This document shows, piece by piece, positions 50,728 to 62,200 of a stretch of DNA of 64,000 nucleotides. The position numbers and the translations under genes are program-made. Each line of letters begins with the position of its first letter. Position 1 is the first letter of the stretch. Under the pieces are notes generated by a model. That model was given only the letters and a program-made list of their open reading frames with translations, was not told where the DNA came from and did not search any database. Origin of the DNA: a virus (taxonomy: Duplodnaviria > Caudoviricetes); the IMG/VR virus record IMGVR_UViG_3300030330_004093, positions 39,014 through 103,013 of that record; one strand, 5' to 3'.

Positions 50728-50973
50728 ATGGAATGTAGATTGGGTTGTGGGGCTTGCTGTATATTTATTGACATATCCAGTTCAATACCCAATCACCCAA
50801 ATGGAAAACCAGCTGGCGTTAGATGCAACAATATGAATGAAATGAACATATGCACAATACATGGTACGTCAGATTATCCAGATGTTTGTAAAAACTATAC
50901 TGCAGAAATAGAATTTTGCGGTAAAACATTTGAAGATAGTAAAAAAATATTAACAGAATTAAATACAATATGA
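50728..50973 (+). CDS. YkgJ-family Cys-cluster protein
   Basis: MECRLGCGACC, GKPAGVRC, CTIH, PDVC. Confidence 0.85.
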   Translation: MECRLGCGACCIFIDISSSIPNHPNGKPAGVRCNNMNEMNICTIHGTSDYPDVCKNYTAEIEFCGKTFEDSKKILTELNTI

Positions 50974-51544
50974 GCAACAAAATAATAAAAACTACTGAGA
51001 AATACGTAGTCACAACAACTGAAAAAAGAATTTTAACCTCATTACCAGACGGCAATTACATTGGCAAATGGGGTGGTTATATAATAACAGTGAATTATCG
51101 AAACAAAACATATGAATGTAAAACTGAAAGTGGTGTTAGGGGCGTAGGATACACTGTAGTTGTTAATGTTAAAGATGGGGAATCAACATTTATTGAAATA
51201 GATAATTAAAATATAAAAAACATGAAAGTAGAAAATTATACAGGTTATACCGTTGAAGTTAAAATAACTAAAAGAACTACACTAGAATTTGATTTTGATG
51301 AGGTCGAAACCAATAGAAGCTTGGAAGATTATGTATTAGAAGAAATTAGAAGAAACTATACAATAAATCACCCAGAAGAAGAGGTTGAAATCATTAAGGT
51401 AGAAACTTGGTAAGTAAATAATATAAAATAACATTAAGTAATTAAAGAGTCCGTTAAATTAACGGATTTTTTTTGTTAAACATATTTACTTTAAAAAAAA
51501 AAGATGTATATTTGCGCCCATAATAATATAAATAAATTTTTTTT

Positions 51545-51883
51545 ATGAAAAAAGTAGAAGCCATCATCAGGAAATCTCAGTTTGATGATGTGAAGACTGC
51601 GCTCATGAACGTTAAGGTAACTTTCTTTAGTTATTGGGATGTGACAGGGCACGGTAATGAGAAAACAGGACACGTTTATAGAGGCGTGGAATTCAGTACC
51701 AACGATATTCAGCGAAGGTACTTATCAATAGTTGTTTCAGACGAATTTCTGGACCGAACTGTAAATGCCATATTAGACTCTGCTTGCACGGACAAGGTGG
51801 GTGATGGTAAGATATTTGTTTCCGATGTTCAGGAAGCGTATAGAATAAGAACCCGTGAAAGGGGAAATCAAACCTTAAACTAA
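51545..51883 (+). CDS. glnK: P-II nitrogen regulator
   Basis: MKKVEAIIR, VYRGVEF, VGDGKIFVSDV..AYRIRT.ERG; directly upstream of amtB. Confidence 0.92.
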   Translation: MKKVEAIIRKSQFDDVKTALMNVKVTFFSYWDVTGHGNEKTGHVYRGVEFSTNDIQRRYLSIVVSDEFLDRTVNAILDSACTDKVGDGKIFVSDVQEAYRIRTRERGNQTLN

Positions 51884-51890
51884 GAAAGAT

Positions 51891-53120
51891 ATGGAAATGT
51901 TAACAACAAACAACATATGGATGATGATTTGTACTGGACTAGTATTTTTCATGCACCTAGGATTTTCATTCTTAGAGATTGGATTGACACGACAAAAGAA
52001 TACAATTAATATTCTTTTCAAAAACATCTTCATCATTTGTATGGGGCTATTGGTCTACTATATAGGTGGATTTAACCTTATGTACCCAGGTTTCGAAGAT
52101 GGTGATTTAGGTATTTTAAAGTTTGCTGGATTCGGAATCGATGCGCCTGCAAATGGTATGACTGCCGAGTATGCCAGCGGTGGATACACATGGTGGACAG
52201 ATTTCTTATTTCAAGGAATGTTTGCCGCAACAGCCGCAACTATTGTTTCTGGTGCTGTAGCTGAAAGAATCAAGCTAACAAGCTTTATGTTATTCAGTTT
52301 AATTTACGTAGGATTAGTTTATCCTATTGTAGGCTCTTGGAAGTGGGGTGGTGGATTCTTAGACAATCTAGGATTCTATGACTTTGCGGGAAGTACCTTA
52401 GTTCACTCAGTTGGTGGATGGGCAGCTTTAGTAGCAGTATGGCTATTGGGTGCCAGAATTGGTAAATTTAAACGTGGAAAGGCTATTCCAATTTTTGGAC
52501 ATAATATCCCTTTCGCTACTGCGGGAGTATTGATTTTATGGTTAGGATGGTTTGGATTTAACGGTGGTAGCGTATTAAGCGCAGACCCAGCATTAACATC
52601 ACTAACATTAGTTACCACTTGCCTTGCAGCCGCTGCTGGAGGTGTGGGTGCGGCTATCACTTCATTCATTAAGGACAAGTCATTTGATTTAACAATGTTC
52701 TTGAACGGAATACTAGGTGGACTAGTTGCCATTACAGCAGGTGCAGACCAAATGTCTCCAAACGAATCGGTAGTTATCGGAATCATTGGAGGTATCTTAG
52801 TTGTACTTGTAGTATCTCTGTTAGATAAACTTAAATTAGACGACCCAGTTGGTGCTATTGCAGTACACTTAGGTTGTGGAATTTGGGGGACTTTAGCTGT
52901 AGGTATCTTTGGTAACATGGCTGGCGCTGGTCAATTCATGACACAACTTACAGGTGTTTTAGTTATTGGTGCTTTTTGTTTAGTTAGTTCTTTCTTGATT
53001 TTATTTGCTATCAAGAAAACTATGGGACTTAGAGTATCAAAAGAAGAAGAACTTGAAGGTTTAGATAACGCTGAACATGGTATGTCCGCATACCCTGACT
53101 TTAGGCTTAATCAACATTAA
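51891..53120 (+). CDS. amtB: ammonium transporter
   Basis: FQGMFAA, IVSGAVAERI, DFAGSTLVHSVGG, WLGWFGFNGGS, DDPVGAIAVH. Confidence 0.97.
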   Translation: MEMLTTNNIWMMICTGLVFFMHLGFSFLEIGLTRQKNTINILFKNIFIICMGLLVYYIGGFNLMYPGFEDGDLGILKFAGFGIDAPANGMTAEYASGGYTWWTDFLFQGMFAATAATIVSGAVAERIKLTSFMLFSLIYVGLVYPIVGSWKWGGGFLDNLGFYDFAGSTLVHSVGGWAALVAVWLLGARIGKFKRGKAIPIFGHNIPFATAGVLILWLGWFGFNGGSVLSADPALTSLTLVTTCLAAAAGGVGAAITSFIKDKSFDLTMFLNGILGGLVAITAGADQMSPNESVVIGIIGGILVVLVVSLLDKLKLDDPVGAIAVHLGCGIWGTLAVGIFGNMAGAGQFMTQLTGVLVIGAFCLVSSFLILFAIKKTMGLRVSKEEELEGLDNAEHGMSAYPDFRLNQH

Positions 53121-53178
53121 TAACATAAATAACATAAGGGGGTTAATCACCCCCTTTAATTTACATAAAAATTTAAAA

Positions 53179-54168
53179 ATGAAAAAATTAATTACAATCT
53201 TACTTGTTGTACTAGGTACGACATTTATTTATGGTCAAGATAGCTTGGCTACAGAAAAATCAAAACTTTCTTTTGAAGGAAGCGCTGACATTTATTACAG
53301 AAGGAATTTAAGTACTTCAACTATTGACGTTGCACCCGCAACATCATTTGCCAATTTAAATGGTTTCTCATTAGGTATGTTTAACCTGGTTAGCTCTTAT
53401 GATACAAAGAACACGGGATTCGTTGCTGACTTAGTATTTGGACCTCGTGGAGAAGATGCAGTATTTTTATCTTCAGGTAACTCTAGCATTGTCAATCAGC
53501 TATATGCTTATTGGGATGTTAATGATAACCTTACGTTTACTATGGGTAACTTTAATACCTTCTTAGGTTATGAAGTTATTTCACCTACAGGAAACTTTAA
53601 CTATTCAACTAGTTATATGTTTTCTTATGGACCATTTTCACACAGTGGACTAAAGGCTGACTTTAATTTATCTGAGAATCTTACAGGTATGTTAGCTGTT
53701 TTAAACGCAACAGACGCTACTGAATACAACCCAACTAACCTAAACACATTAGGTGCTCAGTTAGGTTATAAGGACACGTATCTTAACGCACTTTATGGTA
53801 AACAAGATTCTAGTTCCGAAGCTACTTTCCAAGTAGATTTAACAGCTGGTTATGATTTATCAGAGAAGTTTTATTTAGGTATAAACACAACTTACAATGA
53901 AACTGATGGTTCTGGATTCTATGGAGCGGCATTATACCCTCAATACAACTTCGGTAAATTAACTGCTGGGGTTAGAGCAGAATACTTCTCTGAATTCACT
54001 GAAGTAGCTAATGCTGATGTTATTGGTCTAACGACTACACTTGACTATGCTGTTGAGAATCTAAACTTAAAATTAGAGTATAGACTTGATAAGGCTAGTT
54101 CGGAAGTTTTTGAAGAAAAAGATAACTTATCTAGTATCGTTTTAGCTGCAGTATATTCATTTAATTAA
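53179..54168 (+). CDS. outer-membrane beta-barrel porin of the kind found next to amt in Bacteroidota
   Basis: signal peptide, FNTFLGYEVISP..NFNYSTSYMFSYGPFSH, C-terminal YSF. Confidence 0.8.
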   Translation: MKKLITILLVVLGTTFIYGQDSLATEKSKLSFEGSADIYYRRNLSTSTIDVAPATSFANLNGFSLGMFNLVSSYDTKNTGFVADLVFGPRGEDAVFLSSGNSSIVNQLYAYWDVNDNLTFTMGNFNTFLGYEVISPTGNFNYSTSYMFSYGPFSHSGLKADFNLSENLTGMLAVLNATDATEYNPTNLNTLGAQLGYKDTYLNALYGKQDSSSEATFQVDLTAGYDLSEKFYLGINTTYNETDGSGFYGAALYPQYNFGKLTAGVRAEYFSEFTEVANADVIGLTTTLDYAVENLNLKLEYRLDKASSEVFEEKDNLSSIVLAAVYSFN

Positions 54169-54225
54169 AAATAAATTGAATTATATTTGCTAGAATGAAA
54201 TAAAATACATATATTTGAAATATAC

Positions 54226-54319
54226 AGTAATATAGCAGAGGGTTACGGGGAGGTTCCGCAAGATAAGAGGTATCTTAGAAGACTTGAAAGCACCGATGCT
54301 GGTTGATACGACTATTACT
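54226..54319 (+). ncRNA. unknown multi-branched RNA (~94 nt)
   Basis: closing stem AGUAAUA/UAUUACU with three short internal hairpins; GC-richer than flanks; promoter TATATTTG at 54210. Confidence 0.45.
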
Positions 54320-54324
54320 ATTTT

Positions 54325-54520
54325 AAACTCTCCAAGCTAATGGATGAGCAAGTGAATACGCTTACAGTGCTAGGCTGTCTCAGGAGGAAACAACTCAGGT
54401 ATCACAACACTATCAAGAGTGTTAGCTTTGAAGTTAGGTACAACCGTTTACGGAGTTGTTAAAATACATAGATGAATATAGCCTATGTTTTGTATTCCAC
54501 TTGGAGGACTTGGAGAGTTT
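54325..54520 (+). ncRNA. 196-nt rod-shaped RNA, 6S-like architecture
   Basis: four nested helices separated by internal loops (see findings). Confidence 0.6.
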
Positions 54521-54580
54521 TTAAAAACAAACAAAGGTCATTAAAATGGCAATAAATGTTTGTTTCTACAGACATTTAAT

Positions 54581-54657
54581 GAGAGAATAGCTCAGTGATA
54601 GAGCGATGGTGAAGTGCACTGATTCCATAGGCGTAGGTTCAAGTCCTACTTCTCTCA
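54581..54657 (+). tRNA. tRNA-like RNA with expanded anticodon loop, identity undetermined
   Basis: GAGAGAA/UUCUCUC, GCUC/GAGC D-stem, GUAGG-UUCAAGU-CCUAC; AUGG-(15 nt)-CCAU. Confidence 0.75.
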
Positions 54658-57098
54658 CTATGGTAATTATAATTATGAAACCAAATTAACTATGAATAAA
54701 TTATATACACTAGAAGAGGTTAAAGAATTATGTATGATGGCATTTGATGATGGATTCGATGCTGGTCATTATGATGAACAAGAAAAAGATGGTAGTTGGT
54801 GGGTTAATAATAACACCACTAATATTCAAACTGTAAATACTAAAACTCAAAATAAAAATAACAAAACATGAGTAACTTACAAGCAGTAAGGTTAAGGGGT
54901 GAAGTTTTAAAAATTAAAGACATAATCAAATCTTTTTATGGGAAACATCCAAGTACCGAAACAAGAGAGTTTATCTTAGAATTAATTAATAATGTTTGTG
55001 TTTATAAAGTAATCGACACAACAAAACCTGAAGATATTGATAACGGAGAGTTTAGATACTCAATACAAGCAAATCCTCGTGAAGAGGTAATGGTTAAATT
55101 TACATTTTAATAAATAGATATGAATCAAATATTACCATGGATAATTCCAGTTATTATAGTTTTAGCGGTAAGCTTTTCATTTGTTGGATTATTAGTGGTA
55201 ATCGCACAAATTATAATTAATAAATATAAAAAATAAATGAACGACCAAATTTTTATAATAATAGGTACAATTCTCTCAGTGGGTTTGGTAATAGGGCTAA
55301 TAGACCTTTTTAAATTTAAAAAATAATTAAATATTATGGTACCAGCAATCGGAATAGGAGCATGGTGGCTTGCATTAACAGTTACGTTAATAGTCACTAG
55401 TAAAATAAAATAAAAATATACTTTCATATTAGAAAAAAATACCTATCTTAGTGTCATGGAAAATTTAAACTTAAATGGTATTCATTTAGATATGGATACA
55501 CTAATTGAAAAATATAACGGTGAAATACACTCAGTATTAGACTCTAACGAGATACAACAAATATCTTTATTCTGTCAACACAATAGAACCGATTCTAGAG
55601 TATCAGTTCTAACTGATATGATAAACCCTAAGCATAGTTTCGCAGCTTTGTATCCTGACATTATGACAAACCTTGACTACAACCCAGGAATGGGAGATAG
55701 TTCATTTAACGGCATAAAACAAGGTACAGATGAAAATATATAAAGTAAAATATCAACTATATATATTACCATTTATTAAGATAACACATGACACCATCTT
55801 AAATGGTGAATATGAATTTATTATAGGTTGGCTTAATTTAGAAATGGCTATATCATTAAAGGTAAAAAATGATAAAGAAGAAAGAGAACATGATTACTCT
55901 AAACATGGTTCTTACTTAGTTACTGAAAGATTTCACGATGGCTCTTTAAACTTTTTTGAAGTTGGTGATATAATTGAGATAGACTACGAAGTTATACACA
56001 ACAATTATAATCAAAGAAAGTTTGACCACTTCTCAATATTTCACACACCAAAATCAGGTGATGAAGTATACATGGAAATATTCAATAGAGGTAACCAAGA
56101 AAACTATGATTCAGTAATAGAAAACAGCACAAAGATATCAAACGAAACAACTGGTTTTAAAAACCTAAAATATATATAAAACAACCATGGTTATTATAGA
56201 TAGTTTAATAGATAAATACACTAGGCGAATATCGTTTTTACAAAAACTATGTGACAAAGCTAAGGAAAGGAACGACAAAACTAATATAAAGGGGTATAGA
56301 CATGCAATATTAGAGCTAGAAAACGTAATAATGGACCTTAGACAAATTAATACAAAATACTAAATAACATATAAAGATGAGTAATATAGGATTAAAAATA
56401 ACAGATAGTTATTGTAATGGTTTTGGTGGGAGGCGATACGATTTAGATAACTCTATTATAGAAGCTGAAGGTATAGATTGGATAGTTATAAGAACAGAAG
56501 GGTATGATTCAGTACATCTAAATCTAAAAGGATACGATAAACAATATTATATTAATAAGTGGACAACAAATTTAAATTATAAAGATGAGTAAGAATACAA
56601 AAAGACATAGTTGTGGAAATGGTGAAGGTATGTTTCCAGATGAAAATGGTCATTGGGTAAGTTATGAAGAGTATAAAAAAGTTTTAAGTAAGTATAAAAA
56701 ACTTAAAAGAAACATAAATATCTTATACGGTAAATCAAGATGAGTAAACTGGTGTTTGAATCTAACGATAAAACATTTGATGTTGTATCTAAATTACAAA
56801 GATTTACGTATAGGTGCCTAAATATGTTTGGTCCAGAAGAAAATCATAAGTACAACGAATTCAGTAAGTTAGAGTTAATGGAACAATGGCATAAAACATT
56901 GTTTAAAGACTATAACTCAAAACTATGGTTTGACGAAACATTATGGCACCCAGACCAACCAGAATTATATGGAAATGTTGTGATGATTTATATAGAAACA
57001 TCAGGGGTAGGGTTTTTAAAACATAAGATTAATTTTAACGAACATACACATGAAATATTTCATGTTGAATTCTTAAATCAAAAGAATATGAATGAGCA

Positions 57099-57596
57099 AT
57101 GATTAAAAGTTTGTTAAGTAAGTTCCGCTCATTAAAAGAGTTTCACGTAAAGATATTCGCAGTTTTTTTCTCCCTTACAACCCCATTTATAATGGTAACA
57201 AGTGGAGATATACTGGGTTCAATATCCCAATACTGGGATACAGAATATCAACCCCTTTTTATAATATCAAATGTTATATGTTCTTATTTTTTCTTTTCAT
57301 TAAAAAACTGGAAACTACCTAGTTTATGTCTATTACTAGTAACAGCATTTAACCATTACCAATTTAATACATTACATAATATATTTGCACTTTCTTTCTA
57401 TTTTGCATGTCTTTACAGTCTATTTCAAAATAAGAGATTTACATTATATAGAATATTATTTATGCTATCAATAGCATTATACTTTTATAGTATAATTATG
57501 GGTGAAATAACAAGTATTGTTATACTATGTTCATATCACTTAAGGGTTATGCTGTATAAGGAAAAACTTACTAAAATTAGAAATAACAATAATTAA
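57099..57596 (+). CDS. multi-TM membrane protein
   Basis: several hydrophobic segments; SISQYW, LHNIFA. Confidence 0.6.
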   Translation: MIKSLLSKFRSLKEFHVKIFAVFFSLTTPFIMVTSGDILGSISQYWDTEYQPLFIISNVICSYFFFSLKNWKLPSLCLLLVTAFNHYQFNTLHNIFALSFYFACLYSLFQNKRFTLYRILFMLSIALYFYSIIMGEITSIVILCSYHLRVMLYKEKLTKIRNNNN

Positions 57597-57607
57597 TTAA
57601 TATAAAA

Positions 57608-58906
57608 ATGATAAACTTTAAAGATTTAAAAAAAATATACAAACTGTTTAAAGATGTTAATATAACAGACGTAATTTCCTTTGTGGAAAAGAATCCTAAA
57701 TTATTAAAAAGTTTGGGTAAGGAAGAAAAGACAGAAGCCAATTATGATTCAGACTTCTATAACATATTCAATAACTTAACCAAAGAAGATAATGATTTAA
57801 GATTAAAGGTTAGGGCATTTATGGAAAAAGATGTCAAACCTATCATCAACTATTATTGGTACATAGATGAATTCCCACATCAATTAATACCTAAGTTAAA
57901 AAAATTAGATATATGTGGTTTATCCTACAAGGGTTATGGCTGTCAAAGCAAATCTAGCCTATCAGAAGGTGTGGTGGCCGCTGAATTATCAAGAGTGGAC
58001 CCTTCACTATCTACATTCATAGGTGTTCACTCAGGACTGGCTATGGGTTCTATTTACCTGTGTGGTTCTGAAGAACAAAAACAATACTGGTTACCCAAAA
58101 TGAGAAGAATGGAAGTGTTAGGTTCGTTTGGATTAACGGAACCATTAGTTGGTTCCGCAGTCGCTGGAGGTCTAACTACTACTTGTGAAAAGAAGGGTGA
58201 TAAATGGGTTTTAAATGGTCAAAAGAAATGGATAGGTAACTCTACCTTTTCCGATATTACTATTATATGGGCTAGAGATGTTAGTGACAATCAGGTAAAA
58301 GGATTTATAGTAGAAAAAGATAATGTAGGATTCTCAGTGGAGAAGATAGAAGGTAAGATATCCTTAAAGATTGTACAGAATGGACTTATCACACTAGATA
58401 ATTGCATAATAGAAGAAAAGAATAGATTACAAAATGCAAACTCATTTAAAGATACTAGTAGAGTATTAAAAATGACTAGAGCAGGTGTGGCTTGGCAATC
58501 AGTAGGATTAAGTATGGGAGCTTATGAAGCCACCGTTAAGTATTGTAATAGTAGAAAGCAATTTGGTAAACCAATAGATTCATTCCAACTAACACAATCT
58601 CATTTAGCTAACATGTTAGGTGACTTAACAGCAATGCAAAACATGGTCTACCAATTATCTATATTACAAGACATTGGTCAAATGAAAGATGAACAAGCAA
58701 GCTTAGCTAAAGTATGGATTACCAAAGCAATGAGAAGACTAGTGTCTACTGGTAGGGAATTGTTTGGGGGTAATGGTATTCTTTTAGAATATGATATTGC
58801 TAAGTATATGGCTGATGCTGAAGCATTATATAGTTACGAAGGTACGGCTCAAATTAATGAATTAATTGTGGGTAGAAGTATTACAGGTAAACAAGCATTT
58901 ATATAA
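57608..58906 (+). CDS. acyl-CoA dehydrogenase (glutaryl-CoA DH-like)
   Basis: FGLTEPLVGS, LNGQKKWIGN, RKQFGKPI..FQL, GGNGI, YSYEGT. Confidence 0.93.
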   Translation: MINFKDLKKIYKLFKDVNITDVISFVEKNPKLLKSLGKEEKTEANYDSDFYNIFNNLTKEDNDLRLKVRAFMEKDVKPIINYYWYIDEFPHQLIPKLKKLDICGLSYKGYGCQSKSSLSEGVVAAELSRVDPSLSTFIGVHSGLAMGSIYLCGSEEQKQYWLPKMRRMEVLGSFGLTEPLVGSAVAGGLTTTCEKKGDKWVLNGQKKWIGNSTFSDITIIWARDVSDNQVKGFIVEKDNVGFSVEKIEGKISLKIVQNGLITLDNCIIEEKNRLQNANSFKDTSRVLKMTRAGVAWQSVGLSMGAYEATVKYCNSRKQFGKPIDSFQLTQSHLANMLGDLTAMQNMVYQLSILQDIGQMKDEQASLAKVWITKAMRRLVSTGRELFGGNGILLEYDIAKYMADAEALYSYEGTAQINELIVGRSITGKQAFI

Positions 58907-59240
58907 ATTCATAAAATATTTGTACAGTTAAATTATTATTCATATATTAGAGGTATGGGAAATAATATTACACATTTTTTTAGAGCAAATGACCAAGATT
59001 ATAAATTCGTGATTAAGATTTGGGGTTTCGATAATGATTTAATATGCTACGACTTCTATAAGAAGTATAAGATGTTTGGATTAATAACTTGTTGGGAAAA
59101 TATTAATTTAAAAACTAAAACCAAACGTACAATATTTGATGCCAAAAATACAATTGACTGGGACATTGAAAAATATATTTCGAAAGGTATAGAAATTTGG
59201 GAGGATAGGATTTCAAACGGTAGGGAAGAATTTATCATGT

Positions 59241-62200
59241 TAACAAAACAAAGATGAGTAAAGAATATACAGTAAAAAAAATAGACATATATAAAGATGG
59301 TGGCACCACAAAAATAGTAACGAATAGAGGGACTTTCTATATAGATAAAAGACTTAAGTCAAAAACTAAATATGCTATATATGATAACTACCCAGACAGA
59401 GGTAACAAGTTGGAAAACGATAAAGAATTAAAGAAGGAGTTATATAATGCAATGAATGGCTATAATGATACTTTCTATCAAAGATTACAAATAGAAATGG
59501 TTAAATCAGACCTTAAACAATAAAAAATTAGAATTAATTTGGATAATTAAAATTAATTTTTTATATTAGCTTTATTAATGAAGTTAAAAACAACAAAAAA
59601 ATATAAAAAATGAGATTAGAAATAAATGTAAAGGATAAAGACTATCCTAAATTAATTTCTTTCATAGAAAAAAATAAATGTAAGATATTAATCGACCATA
59701 AATTAAGGATTGGACATATGATGACTATAAATGCACCTAGTCACAGTGTCGCCATGAAAATAATTAATCGTAAATTTACTTTGTAATTATTAATACTTAA
59801 AATTAAATATAATATGGGATATTATACAACAGTATATGTTGGAGTATACATAGAAGTTCCTAGGGGTAAAAATATAGTAAAGAAATATACTTATATTGAT
59901 AATGAAACAAACTTAGAAACCCCACATAAGTTCTCACCAGAAAATGGGCAACCTAATGAATTAGTAGTTAAGGAAAAAACAGAAGATATATATCCATATC
60001 CAGGTGATTTGGCTGATGGTAAGTATGAGGACAAATTCTTGTCATTTGAATTTTCTGGCGCTAAAGCGGGTTATGAAACTTGGTTACCTAACACCAATGC
60101 GTATGGTGACCATATTGATGCAAACGAATTAACTAATATATCATTATTTGGCTTTGACCCCAAAGATAAAATTAATAAATTCATAAATGAAAATAAAGAA
60201 TTTATAGATGAAACCGAAAGTAAATACCCAGGTATTGTCGTGAAATATGGTATGGCTATGGTCTCGAATTAATAAGGGTAAAGTTCTATACTAAATTATT
60301 AAACTTAAAGTAAAGATGAGTAAAGGAAAACTCAGAAATATGAATGTAAAAGGTGTGGAATGGAAATATATCATAGAACATGATATAGATAGAAAAGCAG
60401 AGGTGAGAATATATAATCCCAGCACTAAACAAATTATAAAGAGAGTAGAATTTAGTGAACTTGGATTCGGTGAATATGAAATTGAACATGGTGGTTGTAA
60501 TATAACACCTAAAATGATAAGAGAATACATTCAAGATAATTTAAACAAAGATGACAAGTAAAGAAAATAAAAAAACCATAACATTAACTCTTGATGAATT
60601 GAAAGACGATTCATTTAAAACTATAGATAATGTTAAATATCTTTTACCTACTGATGAAACTGGCTCCGCAACTGAAAAGGATAACTGGTGGTGGTACCAA
60701 TCATTAAAGATTGACCAACCGACAATATATAAAAAGATATTTCTGGACAATAACATCACACCAGATGATTGTGAGTCTATCGTATATGAAGAATTTAATA
60801 TAGATGAAATTGATTACCCAGACTACCTATCATTTATAGGTTCTGACCAAAACGAACCTTATGTATTTGTTGATGTAAAACTTAATGACGGTAGAAGATT
60901 TGTAGTGGAACGTATTAAATACCTATTTGGCTATATTAAGATAAATCAAATCCACAAGTTTTCATTTAAGGGTGAACCACACCTACTATATGAAGTTATC
61001 GATGAAAGAAGAATGGAAGACCTTGACCCAGAACACTTCGATAGTGAGTACGACTTTTTCGCTGAATTATGTGGTTTTAAAAGAGACTACTGGCCTGATG
61101 AATTGGAAGAACTTGATATATATAGTGTCATGTATAAGAAAACCATGGAACTAAATATTCTAGGGACTATGGATGTATATCTAATCGTCAATGAAAATGG
61201 GTCTGTTGACTGCAATTTGGAGATATATCCTTCAAATGACGATGTAGTTGATATGTTTGAAATAACAGATAAATTATTTGAACAAGAAGAAGATATACAA
61301 GCTATACTTTCAATACTCAATGTAGCTAAGATTGTTAGCGATAATGATGCAGACTTTATATTAAATGAATTAATAGATTAAAACAAAATAAAATGGAAGA
61401 AACAATTAATTTCGAATTTAAAGTAAAAGAATTTAAAACTAAATCAGGTGAAACCTTTAAACCCGATGTAGATAATCTTATTGCAATATTTAAAGGCTTT
61501 ATACAGGATGAAGAAACAAGACTAGAAAACCTGGTTAAACATAAAGACGAGGAAGATGAACTTGGAGAAACACATGAGTTAACATACGAAGAAGCTAAAG
61601 ACCCAAACTTCATATACCAAGAGAATGTATCCTACAATACATCTGATGAAAAAACAAGTAGCTGGATGCATTATAGAACACTAGAAAAAATAGTCCCAGA
61701 AGTAATCCAAACACTATACGCTGACACATCCCCAGATAATTGTATTACCTATGATGTATGGATAGACGAAACAATAAAATTCACTATGGAAATAAATGAA
61801 TGTGAAAGAAGCTATTGTATTGATACCGAAGAATACTTTAAGGAAGAAGTACAAACATCTCAACTATATAGCATGGTCGTGGAACTAATGAAATTTGAAT
61901 ATAGAGAAACATCACATGTAGTATACTATACAATATATGATGAAGATTACGAAGACTAACAAACAAAACAAAGATGAGTAAAAAGATAACATTAACAATA
62001 GAAGAATTAGAACACGAAATTACTCAAGCATTTGTACATGGTCAAGGTAATGCAATAATGATTGAAGCTGGATTAGAACGAAATGAAAGAGAAGATTATA
62101 CAAGTTCTGTAATGCGTAGACTAATAAACCAAAAAGAAGATGAGTAAAGAAGAACAATTAAAAAAACTAAAACTTGCATGTTCTAAAATGAAAATTGATT

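Noticed and set aside
54226-54520. RNase P RNA
   Set aside because: Lacks the GAGGAAAGUCC and matching 3' P4 consensus; folds as a rod instead
51545-58906. Window being a bacterial chromosome because of its metabolic and chaperone genes
   Set aside because: These genes are isolated among many short hypothetical ORFs, phage-type enzymes (Rnl1, DenV-like, dNMP kinase, M15 endolysin) and divergent tRNAs, with no housekeeping operon structure
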